Assembly: GCF_963921235.1 (NCBI RefSeq)
Contig: NC_086108.1
Span: 31,002,001-31,066,000, forward strand
Source of the DNA: Mobula hypostoma
Taxonomy: Eukaryota
Length of the DNA stretch: 64,000 bases
Direction: 5' to 3'
The position numbers and the translations under genes are program-made. Of this stretch, positions 1 to 12,254 are shown piece by piece. The stretch's first letter is position 1. Each line of letters begins with the position of its first letter. The notes below the pieces were generated by a model that saw only the letters and a list, made by a program, of their open reading frames with translations, did no database searches and was not told where the DNA came from.

Positions 1-1342
1 TACCTTTCCTAACTTCTCTGAAATGTTGAAATTGAACCCACATCCAATACTTGCACTGACAGTTCTTTCTAGACTCTCGCCAATCTCTAAATGAAGACGC
101 TCCTCCCCCCATGTTCAATGTAAATATTTCACCTTTCACCTTTAACCTATGAACTCAAGTTGCAGTCACATCCAACGTCAGTGGAAAAACTTGCTTGCAC
201 TTACCCTATCTATGCAACTCATAATATTGTATAACTCTACCAAATCTTCCCTCAATCTTCTACATTCTAAGGTATATAGTCCTAATCTAGTCAGCTTTTC
301 CCTATAACTCAGGTTATCAAATCCCAGAAGCATTCTTGTAAATTTTCTCTGCACTCTTTCAATCTAATTTACGGCCTTCCTGCAGATAGGTGACCAAAAC
401 TGCACACAATACTCCAATTAAGTCTCAGCAACACCTTATTCAACTTCAATATAACCCAAATACCTAATCTTGAATGCCAAGAAAATGAACATTCTTGGCC
501 AACCTCCCTTGTCAAACATTGCTAAAGTCCACGTAGAAAACACCTACTGTCTTGACTTCATCAACTTTGCTGGTAACTTCCTCATAAAATTCGATAAGAT
601 TGGTTAGGCATGACCCACTACACACAAAGCTATGTTGGCTATTCCTAATTGGACTCTGTCAATCTAAATACTTATATATCCATTCCCTTAGAATACCTTG
701 CAATCAATATCTTTCCCACTACTGATGTCAGGCTTACCGGACTATAATTTCCTGGTTTATTTTTAGTGCCTTTCTTAAACAACAGAACAACATCAGCTAT
801 ACTCCAGTCTTCCTACACCTCACCCTTAGCTAAGAATATTTTAAATGTCTCTGCTCGGGCCCTGCAATTCCTGCACTACTGTCTCACAAGGTCTGAAGGA
901 ACACCATGTCAGGCCCTAGAGGTTTTTCCACCTAAATTTGCATCAAGACAGAAAACACAATGTCTTCTCTAATCTCTACGGTCTATGACCTCGCTGCTGC
1001 TTTGCCTCTTCTCTCCAGACTCTCTGTCCACCTCTTGAGTAAACACCGATCCAAAAACATCCAGTTAAGATCTCCCCCTTCTCCTTCAGCTCCATGCATA
1101 GATGACCACTCTCATCTTCCAGAGGGCCAGTTTTGTCCTTTGCTATCCTATTATTCTTAATATATCTTTAAAAGCTCTTGGGATTCTCCTTCACCTTGCC
1201 CGTGAGCAACTTCAAGTTTCCTGATTTCTTTCTTCAGTATTCCTTTGCATTTCTATACTTCTCAAGTACCTCATTTGCTCCTTCTGCCATACCTGCTATG
1301 TACCTTAACTAGGGCCTGAATATCTCTCAAAAACCAAGGCTT
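1..1342 (-). mobile_element. Decayed CR1 LINE, ORF2 RT and 3' portion with an internal deletion; continues beyond window start
   Basis: The reverse complement of gtgaccaaaactgcacacaatactcc (~390-416) gives EYCVQFWS. An SQHSF-like motif lies near 625-645. Many stops and frameshifts. Confidence 0.85.
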
Positions 1343-1353
1343 AACCAAAGCTT

Positions 1354-2307
1354 AAACACAAGATATTCTGCAGATACTGGAAATCCAAAGCAACACACAC
1401 AAAATGCTGGAGGAACTCAGCAGGTCAGGAAGCATCTATTCATTCATGGAAATGAATAGATGATCAACTTTTTGGGCTGAAACTCTTCTTCAGAACTGAA
1501 AAGGAATGGAGAAGATGCCAGAATTAAAAGGTGGGTAGAGGGGAAGGAGGCTAGCTGGAAGGCGATAGGTGAAGCCAGGTAGGAGGGAAAGGCAAAGAGC
1601 TGGAATTTGATAGGATAGGAGAGTGGATCATAAGAGAACGCCAAGGGAGTAGGGGATCCAGGGGAAAATGTTAGGCAGGTGAAAAGAGGTAAAAGGCCAG
1701 AGTGGGGAACAGAAGAAAAAGGGGGGGGGGTGGTGTTCAAAAAAAAATTACCGGAAAAAGAAATCGATAATCATGCCATCAGGTTAGAGGATACCTGGAC
1801 AGAATACAAGGATACAAGGTGTTGCTCCTCCACCCTGAGGGTGGTTTCATCTTGGCACAAGAGGAGGCCATGGACCAACATACAAGACTGGGAATGGGAT
1901 TCAGAATTAAAATGTTTGGCCACTGGGAGGCTCCAGTTTTGGCAGAGATAACGGAGGTGCTTGATGAAGTTTTCCTCCAATTTACGACAGGTCTCAACAA
2001 TGTAGAGGAGGGCACATCAGGAGCAATGAACACTATGGTTAACCCCAGCAAATTTGCAGGTGAAGTGTTGCCTTACCTGGAAGGACTGTTTGTGGCCCTG
2101 AATGGAGGTGTGAGTGGAAGGTGAATGGGTAGGTGAACACTTGCAAGGATAAATGCCAGGAGGGAGATTCGTGGGGAGGGACAAATGGACAAGGGAATCA
2201 TGGAGGGAGTGATTCCTGCAAAAATCTGGGGGTGGGGGCTGGGAGGTAAAGTTATGTTTCGTGGTAGGATCCCTTTGGAGATGGTGGAAGCTGCGGAGAA
2301 TGATGTG
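1354..2307 (-). mobile_element. Penelope-like element fragment (GIY-YIG region and 3' terminus with decayed hammerhead) inserted into the CR1
   Basis: Minus-strand LLYIVET and LPVAKHFNS..HS...LVHGLLLCQDETTLRVEEQHL motifs. The terminus caacacacacaaaatgctggaggaactcagcagg is shared with other PLE copies here. The CR1 rejoins across the insert (aaccaagg|ttccctaaacc). Confidence 0.85.
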
Positions 2308-3720
2308 TTCCCTAAACCTTTATCCTTACCTTTTATTTTGACAGGAAAATACAAACTCCGTACTCTCAAAATTTCACTTTTGAAGGGCTCCACTTACCAA
2401 GTACACCTTTTCCATAAAACAACCTGTCTGAATCCGGACTTGCCAGGTCCTTTCTGATACCATCAAAATTGACCTTTCTCCAATATTCAATCTCAACCTG
2501 AGGACCAGACCTATCTTTTTCCATAATTACCTTGAAACTAATGGTATTATAAACACTCTATGCAAAGTGATCCTTTACACAAACTTCTGCCACCTGCCCT
2601 GTCTCATTCCCTAATAGGAGATCTAGTATCACGCTCTGTTTAGTTGGGACATCTATGTACTGATTAAGGCAACTTTCCTGAATGCATTTGACAAACTCTA
2701 TCCCATCCAGCTCTTTTACAGTATGGGAGTCCCGGTCAATATATGGAAAGTTAAAGTCACCTACTCTCACAACCTTATTTCTTGTAACAGTGCGATTTTT
2801 CTACAAACCTGCTCTTCAAAATTCTTCGGACTCTTGCGTGGTCTGAAATATAATCCCATTAATGTGGTCGTCCCTTTCTTATTCCATAGTTCTACCCATA
2901 AAGCCTCACTAGAAGAGCTCTCCAGTCTGTCCTGCCTTTGCACTCACGTGACATTTTCCTTGACTAGTAATGCAACCAGTCTCCCTTTAATCCCTTCTGC
3001 TCAATCACGCCTAAAACAATGAAACCCTGAAACCTTGAGCTACTAGTCCTGCCCCTCCTGCAATCAAATCTGATTAATGGCTACAACGTCATCATTCCAT
3101 GTGCTGATCCATGCCCTAAGCTCATCTGCCTTTCTTACAATACTCCTTCCATTGAGATAGTCACAGCTCAGAATATTAGTCCCACCACGCTCAGGCTTTT
3201 GATTCCTGACTTTGGAAGAAGTCTTTACATCTTTCCCCATAGCCACAACACTATCTGCTCTGGTTCCCATCCCCTTGGAACTTTAGTTTCAACCCCCTGT
3301 GCAGCACTAACAAACCATCCCACTAAGACAGTAGTCCCCCTCCAGTTCAGGTGCAAACCATCCCTTCAGTACAGCTCCCAGCTTCTCTGGAAGAGAGCCC
3401 TGATCCAAAAATCTGAAGCGCACCCTTCTGCACCACCTCCTTAGTCACATGTTAAACTGTATGATCTTTGTTTATCTGGCTGCACTGGCACGTGGCACAG
3501 GTAGCAAAGCTGAGGTCACAACTCTGAAGGTCCGGTCCTTTAACTTAGCACCTAACTCCCTGAAATCACTTTGCAGGACTTCATTACCTCTCCTACCCAT
3601 GTCATTGGTACCGACATGGACCACAGCCTCTGGCTGCCCACCATTCCGCTTAAGAATGTCCTGGATTTGAATTAAGATATCTCTGACCCTGGCACCTGAG
3701 AGGCAGCATGCCATCCAAGA
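2308..3720 (-). mobile_element. Decayed CR1 LINE, ORF1 (SGNH esterase) and ORF2 APE endonuclease; 5' part of the element at 1-1342
   Basis: ORF 3472-3714: CLSGARVRDI...VVHVGTNDMGR. ORF 3064-3270: YLNGRSIVRKADEL. ORF 2558-2770: GDFNFPYID, LDLLLGNE. Confidence 0.9.
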
Positions 3721-4029
3721 ATCTCGTTCTCATTGAGAACAAGGGAGAGAATCTCAGAAGTACAAGCCTCAGCTATGTTCCTATGCAGCTCAGTTTTAAA
3801 TGATCACCATTTAACACCACTTCTGCTTTTAAGATGAAAGTGGGGCTGAGCCACAAACAGTAATGAGATTACAACAGCTACTAATTGTACTTGTGCCACT
3901 TGGGTATGACCAAGGATTTATTTAATATTGGAAAGAAAAATGAGTACCAGCTAGATGCATAAGCAGCTCAACTCATGGTCTATGTAAATAATTAACTGAG
4001 CTTCAATAGGTATAAAGGGAGCCCTATCT

Positions 4030-4710
4030 TTTCATAGAGCTTATGGAATATATACAGTAGAGAAAGAGGTCCTTTGGCCAAACTTAACCATTCCGAGCAA
4101 GCTGCCTACATATGCTGGTCCCATTTGCCTGTGTTTGGCCCATATCTCTCTAAATCTTTCCTATCCATGTTCCTGTTCAAATGTCTTTTACATAATTGTA
4201 CTCATCTCTACTTCTCTCTCACTCTCCCCCCTCCCCCCCCCCTCCTCTCCCTCTCTGGTGCTGCATTTCATATGCCTACCATCCCCTGTAGGGGGAAAAG
4301 GCCTTCTCTCATCCTAATTGCCTTTAAAATTTCTCCTTTCAGTTTAAATCTGTGCCCTTTAGTTTTAGACTACCCTACTCGAGGAAAAAAACTGTGATCG
4401 TCAACCCTATTAGTGCCCCTCATAATTTTATAAACCACCATTATACCCAGCCTCTTCTCCAGGGAAATCAGACCCAACCTATCCAATTTCTTATAATCCA
4501 AGAATTCCAGTGCAGGGAACATTCCTATGTAACTTTTTCTGTACTCTCTGTAGCAGGGGTCCCCAAACTAGGGTCCACAGATCCCTTGGTTAATGGTAGG
4601 GATCCACGGAATAAAAAAAAGGTTAGGAACCCCTGCTCTATAGCTTAATCACATGTTTCCTATAACATGGCAACCAGAATACACATAACCATCACCTAAT
4701 CAATGGTCTG
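4030..4710 (-). mobile_element. Old CR1 3'-end fragment interrupted by a MITE
   Basis: Similar to the 3' ORF2/UTR of other CR1 copies in the window (aatctgtgccctttagttttagac; ccagaatacacata). Heavily diverged. Confidence 0.65.
4554..4635. mobile_element. 82-bp hAT (Charlie-like) MITE
   Basis: TIRs CAGGGGTCCCCAAACT and AGGTTAGGAACCCCTG match at 13/16. An 8-bp TSD, ctctgtag (4546-4553) and ctctatag (4636-4643), is the length typical of hAT. Confidence 0.85.
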
Positions 4711-4719
4711 TACAACAGT

Positions 4720-5300
4720 AAATGACCTATTCAGAATGTCGCCACTGACTCTTACTAATTTTTGTAGATGCAACACAAGGAGCATCCTATCTTGATGCAT
4801 TGTAACTTGGTATGGTGACTGCTTTGTGCAAGACCACAAGAAACTGCGGAGAGTTGTGGATATAGGTCAGTGCATGACAAAAACCAACTGGCCTTCCCTG
4901 GACTCTGTCTACACTTTCTAGTACCTTGGAAAGGCAGCTAAAATAAGCAAGGACCCCCTTCCACCCCCAGTTCACCTTTCTCCTCACTCTCATTGGGCAG
5001 ATGGTACAAAAGCTTGAACACATACAATCAGATTCCAAGGCACCCACTACCCAGCTGCTATAAGACTCTTGAGCAGGCTGCATATACAATAAAGGTGAAT
5101 TTTTGATCCCTCAGTCAGCCCTTTGCTTTAATTGAAAACCTGCCCTGCTCTTTCTCTGTAAGTGCAGTTTAATAGTCTGCATTTTGCTTTTCTTTTCCTT
5201 TTGTACTACCTCAACGTACTTATGTATAGAATGGTCTGTCTGGATGGGTGGCAAGAAAAAGTGTTTAACTTACCTTAGTATATGCAAACATAATAATCCA
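4720..5300 (+). mobile_element. Rex1/Babar-like LINE 3' fragment
   Basis: Degenerate translation MSPLTLTNFCRC..SIL..CIVTWYGDC..QDHKKLRRVV, matching the Rex1 RT C-terminus, followed by a 3' UTR. Confidence 0.75.
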
Positions 5301-5580
5301 ATTATTAATTATTCCCGAGCCTTGGCGATTGTGCCGCAGTGCATTCTTTACCAGAGTCTATCTGTTTTGCCACTCACAGGGAGCTTTGTACTTTAACCTA
5401 AGGTTTTGCTGCATAAAATACACTCAGCCAGGGCCCTGCCAGTGTCTTTGGCGCTCTGCTGTTCATTATGGAAGGATTTATGTAAAAGATATTGGCTCCA
5501 TAGCATCAATCCATTTGTGCACACTGATACATCTAGTTAAGCTTTGTACTTGGCAAGACTTTCCGGCCACAGATCCATGG

Positions 5581-5590
5581 TCTCGCGAGA
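5581..5590. promoter_or_regulatory. TCTCGCGAGA palindromic CGCG element (BANP/Kaiso-associated motif); function unverified
   Basis: Exact 10-mer, extending to the 12-bp palindrome gtctcgcgagac, in a stretch with no recognisable repeat. Not in a CpG island. Confidence 0.3.
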
Positions 5591-6087
5591 CTAACGGATG
5601 CCATCCATGGAAGATAAGTGAAGCACAGAGAGTTCTGCTGAAAATGCAGGAAAGGGAATGCATATGTGTGAAAGGCAGCAGTGAAATGTCACCCACAGTG
5701 GAGACAAGTCTTTATGGAGCAGGAGGAAGGATGCAGTTGTCCATTGCAAGCACAATTATGAGCAACTTTAGGGAGTGATTACAAGAATAGAGGCTGAGTC
5801 AATAAAATTAACACATAAAATTACCACAAAAGGTAAAAATATATTTGGAGTAAAATCTCTCATGTATCAAGGGAGTTCATGACACTTACAACAAGTATAA
5901 TTTCACTCACTGGTCATTGTGAATCACAGGGAGATGTAGAGAAACCAGACCATTTGATCCACTGAGATTGTGTCAGTGTCACATTAATCCCATATTAATC
6001 TCCTTTTATTCTCCTCACATCCTCAAGGTTAGCACCCAAGGGCAAGAATGAACCCTACTGGCTGTGCCACTATTTTGTCCTACCGAG

Positions 6088-6912
6088 AAACTTTATACTT
6101 TATTGTCACCAAACAATTGGTACTAGAACGTACAATCATCACAGTGATATTTGATTCTGTGCTTCACACTCCCTGGATTACAAATATTAAATATTATAAA
6201 TATTAAAAATAGTTAAAATTAGTAAATACTAAAAATTTAAATTATAAATCATAAATAGAAAATAGAAAAATGGGAAGTAAGGTAGTGCAAAAAAAAACCG
6301 AGAGGCAGGTCCGGATATTTGGAGGGTATGGCCCAGATCCGGATCAGGATCCGTTCAGCAGACTTATCACAGTTGAAAAGAAGCTGTTCCCAAATCTGGC
6401 CGTACGAGTCTTCAAGCTCCTGAAACTTCTCCCGGAGGGAAGAGGGATGAAAAGTCTGTTGGCTGGGTGGGTCATGTCCTTGATTATCCTGGCAGCACTG
6501 CTCCGACAGTGTACGGTGTAAAGTGAGTCCACGGATGGAAGATTGGTTTGTGTGATGTGCTGCGCCGTGTTCACGATCTTCTGCAGCTTCTTTCGGTCTT
6601 GGACAGGACAACTTCCATACTAGGTTGTGATGCACCCTAGAAGAATGCTTTCTACGGTGCATCTATAAAAATTAGTGATCGTTTTAGGGGACAGGCCAAA
6701 TTTCTTTAGTTTTCTCAGGAAGTAAAGGCGCGGGGGAATTTAAATGGAGGAATTTAGCAACTGGTATCCCCGGACCTAAAAGCCGCAGCTCTAGCCTTTA
6801 AAAGGGACTTAACCTCATAACTCATCCAAGGTTTCTGGTTAAGGAATACCCGGATCGTCTTGCGAGACGCAGAGTCCTCCGTGCATTTCCAAATAAAGTC
6901 CGTGACAGCTGA
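6088..6912 (-). mobile_element. Fairly young Rex1/Babar-like LINE with the RT core deleted
   Basis: 6757-6912(-) reads SAVTDFIWKCTEDSASRKTIRVFLNQKPWMSYEVKSLLKARAAAFRSGD. 6344-6730(-) reads LRKLKKFGLSPKTITNFYRCTVESILLGCITT...HPANRLFIPLPSGRSFRSLKTRTARFGNSFF. The 3' tail is caataaagtataaag. Confidence 0.85.
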
Positions 6913-7229
6913 GGAATTTAAATTTCAATTTCAATTTCAATCAAACTATATGGATTGAATTATGTAGGTCCCCCTCCAAATCACACACCATCACCAGTGT
7001 TGATTTTTGCTGAATCCAAGTCACAAACCTCCTTCTCCAACATTATTTCCTTAAATATCCAGAAGGATTCCATCCAGCTGCTTGCTACTGCAAGGCACAG
7101 AAGAATGATATCATCATGCAGAGGCAGAGAAAACTGGCAAAGCAGTAAATGCAGTGGAAAATGACCTCATCAAAGAGAGGATGTGGGGGATTTTCTGTGA
7201 TAATTGTCCAAAGGCAGATAATTATCCTG

Positions 7230-7945
7230 ATGGAGAAATTCTGTAAATGGGGGAAGCTCAGAGGAAATTAAGTGTTCCATGAATCACAAGATGTTAGAAG
7301 GTTGGTCCAACAAGTAGCTTATCAGGTAAGAAGAGTTTGTGTTTTATTGCAAAGGGTTTGGAGTTTGAGAACATGATGGTTTTACTGCAGTTTGTACATG
7401 CTGCTACTGAGATCACAACTAGAACATTGTGCACAGTTTTGGTTGCCGTACCTAAAAATAAAGATACAATATTATTGGTGCTGTCCAAAGGAGATTCTTC
7501 AGGCTAATTCCTGGAGTGAGAAGTGCATCTTATCAGGAGAGTTAAAACAGTCCAGGTTTTTAATTCAAAAATGAGAAAATCTACAGATGCTGGAAATTGC
7601 TAGGTCTTCAGTTGCTTGATTTAGAAGAATGGGGGTTCTCTTACTCAATGAATAAGGACCTAAGGGGTTTGACAGGGTTGATGTGGAGATGTTCTCACCA
7701 GTGTGAGAATCATAAACAAGGGGTTATAACTAAAACTGAATCTCCACAATGTTCCGCCCCTGAAGGTGAAGGAGATTAGAACATTAGATGTATTCAATGT
7801 GCGAAAAGATAAATATTGAGGAGTTGAGGGAACTTTACAGAGAAATTTGAGGCCAGCATAGATCAGCCATGATCATATTAAATGACAAGACAGGCTTGAG
7901 AGACTTGACAGTCCATCCCTCCACGTATTTTCTTGTGGTTTCAAT
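7230..7945 (+). mobile_element. Old CR1 3' fragment
   Basis: LEHCAQFWLPYLK motif in ORF 7392-7574 and the CR1-type 3' UTR agatcagccatgatc. Confidence 0.75.
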
Positions 7946-8319
7946 TTATACAGCCCATAATCCAAATCCACAAAGTGAAAAAGCACATCTAAGACCACAT
8001 GAAGATCAGAAAAGCCCTGGCAGTGTGCACAGGTATATTTTGCTGAATCTTTCCCAACTTGCAGCAGGAAGATGAGAAAGATTCAACAAAATCTACCAGT
8101 ATAGTTCTGTGTCTAACTTCATGAAGCAGGCCTTTTCCATAGAAGGCATCTGTTGCCCTAACTAAAGCTATGACCCTGGAGACAGAGGTAATCTCTTAAT
8201 CTCTTGAGGGAGAACTGGCATGGGATCAGATGAACAATGTATTTTAATTGAATAGTCAATGAAAGTAATTTTGTAAGTGCAGAGTTTTGAAGATAAAAGT
8301 CACATAAACCATAATATGC

Positions 8320-9625
8320 AGATCATAAGGCCATATGACCATAAGATACAGGAGCAGAATTATGCCATTCAGCCCATCAAGTCTGATCTGTCATTTGATC
8401 ATGACAGATTTATTTTCCCTCTCAATCCCATTCTCCTACCTTTTCCCTGCAACCTTTGATGTCCTTACTAATCAAGAACCTATCAACCACCACTTTAGCT
8501 ACCCCAATGACTTGGCCTCTACAGCTGTACTTGGTAATGAATTCCATAGATTCACTACCCTCTGGCTAAAGAAATTTCCCTTCACCTGTTCTAAAAAGAC
8601 ATCTTAGGCTACACCCTTTAGTCCTAGACACTCCCACTATTGGAAACATGCTCTCCACGTCCACTCTTTCTGGGCCTTTCAATATTCGGTAGTTTTCAAT
8701 GAGATTCCCCCACTTCCTAACTCCCCTTTCTTCTCATCTCCAGTGAGTATCAAAAATTCCTCATCAGTTAACAGTTTCATTCTCACATCATTCTTGTAAA
8801 TCTCCTCTGGATCCTCTCCACTGTTGGCACATCCTTTCTTAGACATGGGGCCCAAAACATCCAACAATATTCCATATGTGTCTGGTGACCAATGCCTTAT
8901 AAAGCCTCAACATTACATCCTTGCTCTTATATTCTGGTACTCTTGAAATGAATGCTAACATTGCTTTCCTTACCTTCAGCTCAACATGTAAGTTAACCTT
9001 TAGGGAATCCTGCACAAGGAATGCCAAATCCCTTTGTTCCTCCAATTTCTAAATTTGCTCCCTGTTTAGAAAACTGTCTATGCCTCATGCAATTGCATGA
9101 CCATACACTGCACTGCATTCCAGCTGTCTCTTCTTTGCCTATTCTCCTAATCTGTCCAATTTGTCTGCTTCTGCAGACTCCCTGCTTCCTCAGCACTACA
9201 CATCCCTCCACCTATCTTTGTATCATCCACAAACATGGCTACAAAGCTATCAATTCAATCATCCAGATCATTAACATTTAGTGTGAAAAGCAGCAGACTC
9301 CAATGTTGACCCTTACGGAAACACATTAGTTATTGGCAACCAACAAGAAAAGGCCCCCTTTATTTCCACTCTGCCTTCCGCCAGTCAACCAACCTTCTGC
9401 CTTAGCTAGTTTCTTTCCTGTGTGGCTTTTATCTTGTTTAGCAGCCTCATGAGTGGGACCTTGTCAAAGGCCTTCTGAAAATCCAGGTAACAACATGCAA
9501 TAACACTCCTTTGTCCATCCTGTCTGTTATTTCCTCAAAGAATTCCAACTGACTTATCAGGAAAGATTTTCCATTAAGGAAACCATGCTGACTTCAGCCT
9601 ATTTTATCGAAGTACCCCAAAACCT
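8320..9625 (-). mobile_element. Decayed 5'-truncated CR1 (RT to 3' tail)
   Basis: MLAFISRVPEYKSKDVMLRLYKALV (ORF 8839-9045). DFQKAFDKVP near 9455-9485. A (cataag..)n-like tail lies at ~8320-8350. Confidence 0.85.
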
Positions 9626-9629
9626 CACA

Positions 9630-9780
9630 TTCAATCATCTCATCTATTGTAAGCTATGATGACTTTCTACACTATCCGCAACACCACCAATCTTCACATC
9701 ATCTGCAAACTTACTAACCCTCCCTTCCACTTCCTCATCCAAGTCATTTATAAAAATCACAAAGATCAAGGGTCACAGAA
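9630..9780 (-). mobile_element. Short CR1 RT fragment
   Basis: The reverse complement gives VSKFADDVKIGGV. Confidence 0.7.
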
Positions 9781-9789
9781 CCTCAATAT

Positions 9790-10321
9790 TGTGTCAGGAA
9801 CCTGTGAACCGTGGTTCTTGAGGAGACATTTAATCGTGCATAATTAGGCACTTGACCAGGGCTGATAAAAGGAAGCTAGGTTTAATTGGGGCAGCCATTA
9901 CATGAGTGGACCAGTGTTAGAGTGGGGAGTTCAGACATTGACTCATAGAGGTTTTGATGTAGAGACAAATGGTGTTGGTAGATTTTCCATTTAATTTTTC
10001 TTTCTATCTTATTGCACAGTTAGAGCAGTGGGAATACCAGGCAGGATAGTAGAATACTCCTCCTGTAGTATGTGAGAAGGCAGGGAGGCCTCCAGTGTCC
10101 CTGCCAACTATACCTGCAAGAAGTGTTTCCAACTGAAGCCTCTTTCAGACTGTGTTAAGGAACTGGAACTGAATGAACTTTGAATTATTTGGGAGGCTGA
10201 GAGGTTGATCCGTAGGACATACAGAGAGGTACCTACACCCAAAGTGCAAGACACGTAACTGGTTGACTATCAGGAAGGGGAAAGGGGAGAGGTGGCCAGT
10301 GCAGAGTACCCCTATGGCCAT
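9790..10321 (+). mobile_element. CR1 5' UTR and ORF1 N-terminal zinc-finger fragment
   Basis: Degenerate E(Y/C)SSCSM*EGREASSVPANYTCKKCFQLK...VKELEL at ~10050-10170, resembling the CR1 ORF1 Zn-finger/coiled-coil region. Confidence 0.65.
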
Positions 10322-11598
10322 CTGATCACTTGGCTCTCCTACCTGAATACAAGCAGAGACTTAACAGCAAAGCACCAGAGATTAGGACAACAAAGAGGTG
10401 GCTGAGAGAGACAGAGGAACGGCAACGGGATTGCTTCGAGATGGTGGTTCGGGCAGTGTTCAAGAATTCATCTGTGGATCTAAGTGAAAACACTATGGTT
10501 GTCACGGACTTTATTAACTCTATTGTAGACAAGCATGTCCCCACAAAATCATTCAGAGTCTTCCCCAAGCAGAAGCCCTAGATGAACTATGAAATCCACA
10601 ATCTGCTGAGGGCCGGATCAAAAGCATACAAGTTTGGTGACAAAGAAGGTTACATGTGATCCAGGTACAAGCTCTGAAACTTGACAATTCCAGATTAAGC
10701 TTGAATCAACGAAGGATGCTCGAAGGTTGTGGCAACGCTTGAATACTATCACCTCTTAAAAGTTAAAGCAAATGGCATAGGCAACAAAAGGGCTTCAATT
10801 CCAAATGAGCTCAATGCTTTCTATGCTCACTTTGACCATAAAAACATTGAGGAAACTTCACAAACTCCCACAGCCCTGAAGATCCTGTGATTTCATTCTT
10901 TGAAGCCAATGTGCGAGTAGCCTTTGAGAGGGTGAACCCACAAAAAGCATCCAGTGCAGATAGGGTACCCAGCCTAGCACTAAAGACCTGTGCTGATCAG
11001 TTTGCTGGAGTGTTCATCGATTATTTCTAAATTTTCACTTCAGCAGTCTGAGCTACCCATCTGTTTCAAGTAGAATTCAACCCTATCAGTACCCAAGGAG
11101 AATGCAGTAACCTACCTCATTGACTATCATCCAGTGATGAAGTCTTTTGAGAGGTTGATGATGAAACATAACAACTCCTTCCTGAGAAGCAACTTGGATC
11201 CACTCCAATTTGTCTACTGGAACAATAGGTCCACAGCAGATGCCATCTCATTGGCACTTCACTCAACCCTGGAATATCTGGGCAGCAAAGATGCATATAT
11301 CAGGATGCTTTTTATTGACTACAGTTCAGCATTCAATACTGTCATCCCCTCAAAACTAATCAGTAAGCTTCAAGACCTTGGCCTCAATATCTAATGTGCA
11401 ATTGGATCCTCGAATTTCTCATGTACAGATCCCAGACAGTTTGGATTGGCAATAACATCTCCTCCACAACCTCTTTCAGCACAGGTGCACCACAAGGCTG
11501 TGTGCTTAACTCTCTGCTCTACCTGCTTTACACTTACAATCTTGTGGCTAAGCACAACTCCAATGTCATATTCAAGTTTGTTGATGATTCCGCTGTCA
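10322..11598 (+). mobile_element. Decayed Rex1/Babar-like LINE (endonuclease end, linker and RT up to the catalytic motif)
   Basis: SDHLALLPEYKQRL; VTDFI...RVFPKQKP; MKSFERL...[21 protein letters not shown]...[29 protein letters not shown]. Confidence 0.9.
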
Positions 11599-11980
11599 AT
11601 TCCTTGAATATCTAAGATTGATCAATGATTTGATAGAGGTATACAAAATCATGAGGGATAGAGATAGGGTAAATGCAAGCAATCTTTCACTGAGGTTGGG
11701 TGAGACTAAAACTAGAGATTAAAGGTGAAAAGTGAAATATTTAAGGGAAACATGAAGAGGAACTTCTTCACTCAGAGGGTGGTGAGAGTGTGGAGCAAGC
11801 TGCCAGTGGAAGTGGTGGATGAAGGTTCATTTTCAGCATTTAAAAGAAATTTGCACTCATGGGAGGGTTATGGAGAATATTGTCCAGGTACAGGTCAATA
11901 GGACTTGGTAGAATAATAGTTCAGTACAGACTAGATAGGCTGAAGGACTTGTTTCTGTACTGTAGGACTCTATGTCACTC
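11599..11980 (+). mobile_element. CR1 3' end fragment
   Basis: DLIEVYKIMRGIDRV...NFFTQRVVRVW, followed by a CR1 3' UTR. Confidence 0.85.
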
Positions 11981-12254
11981 TGACTGAGTCCCTCCTGGAC
12001 ACATCTAAAGCTTTTGCATAAAGGAGATGCCAATCAATGTTATGGAAGTTGAAGTAACCCATGACCACAACCCTGTTATTTCTGCACCTTTCCAAAATCT
12101 GCTTCCTGATCTTCTCCTCAGTGTTTTTGTTGCTTCTGGCATTTCCAACACAGTGATTGCCTCCTCCTTCTTTCTGACTCCCACTGACTCATTAGACGAT
12201 CATGCCACAACTTTCTCCCTTTCTGCAGCTGTGATACTAACAAACATTGGTGTT

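Noticed and set aside
7954..8031. Possible plus-strand exon (tacag|CCCATAAT...CACAG|gtatat)
   Set aside because: The pyrimidine tract comes from a CR1 tail, the donor is weak, the peptide is unrecognised and no partner exons were found.
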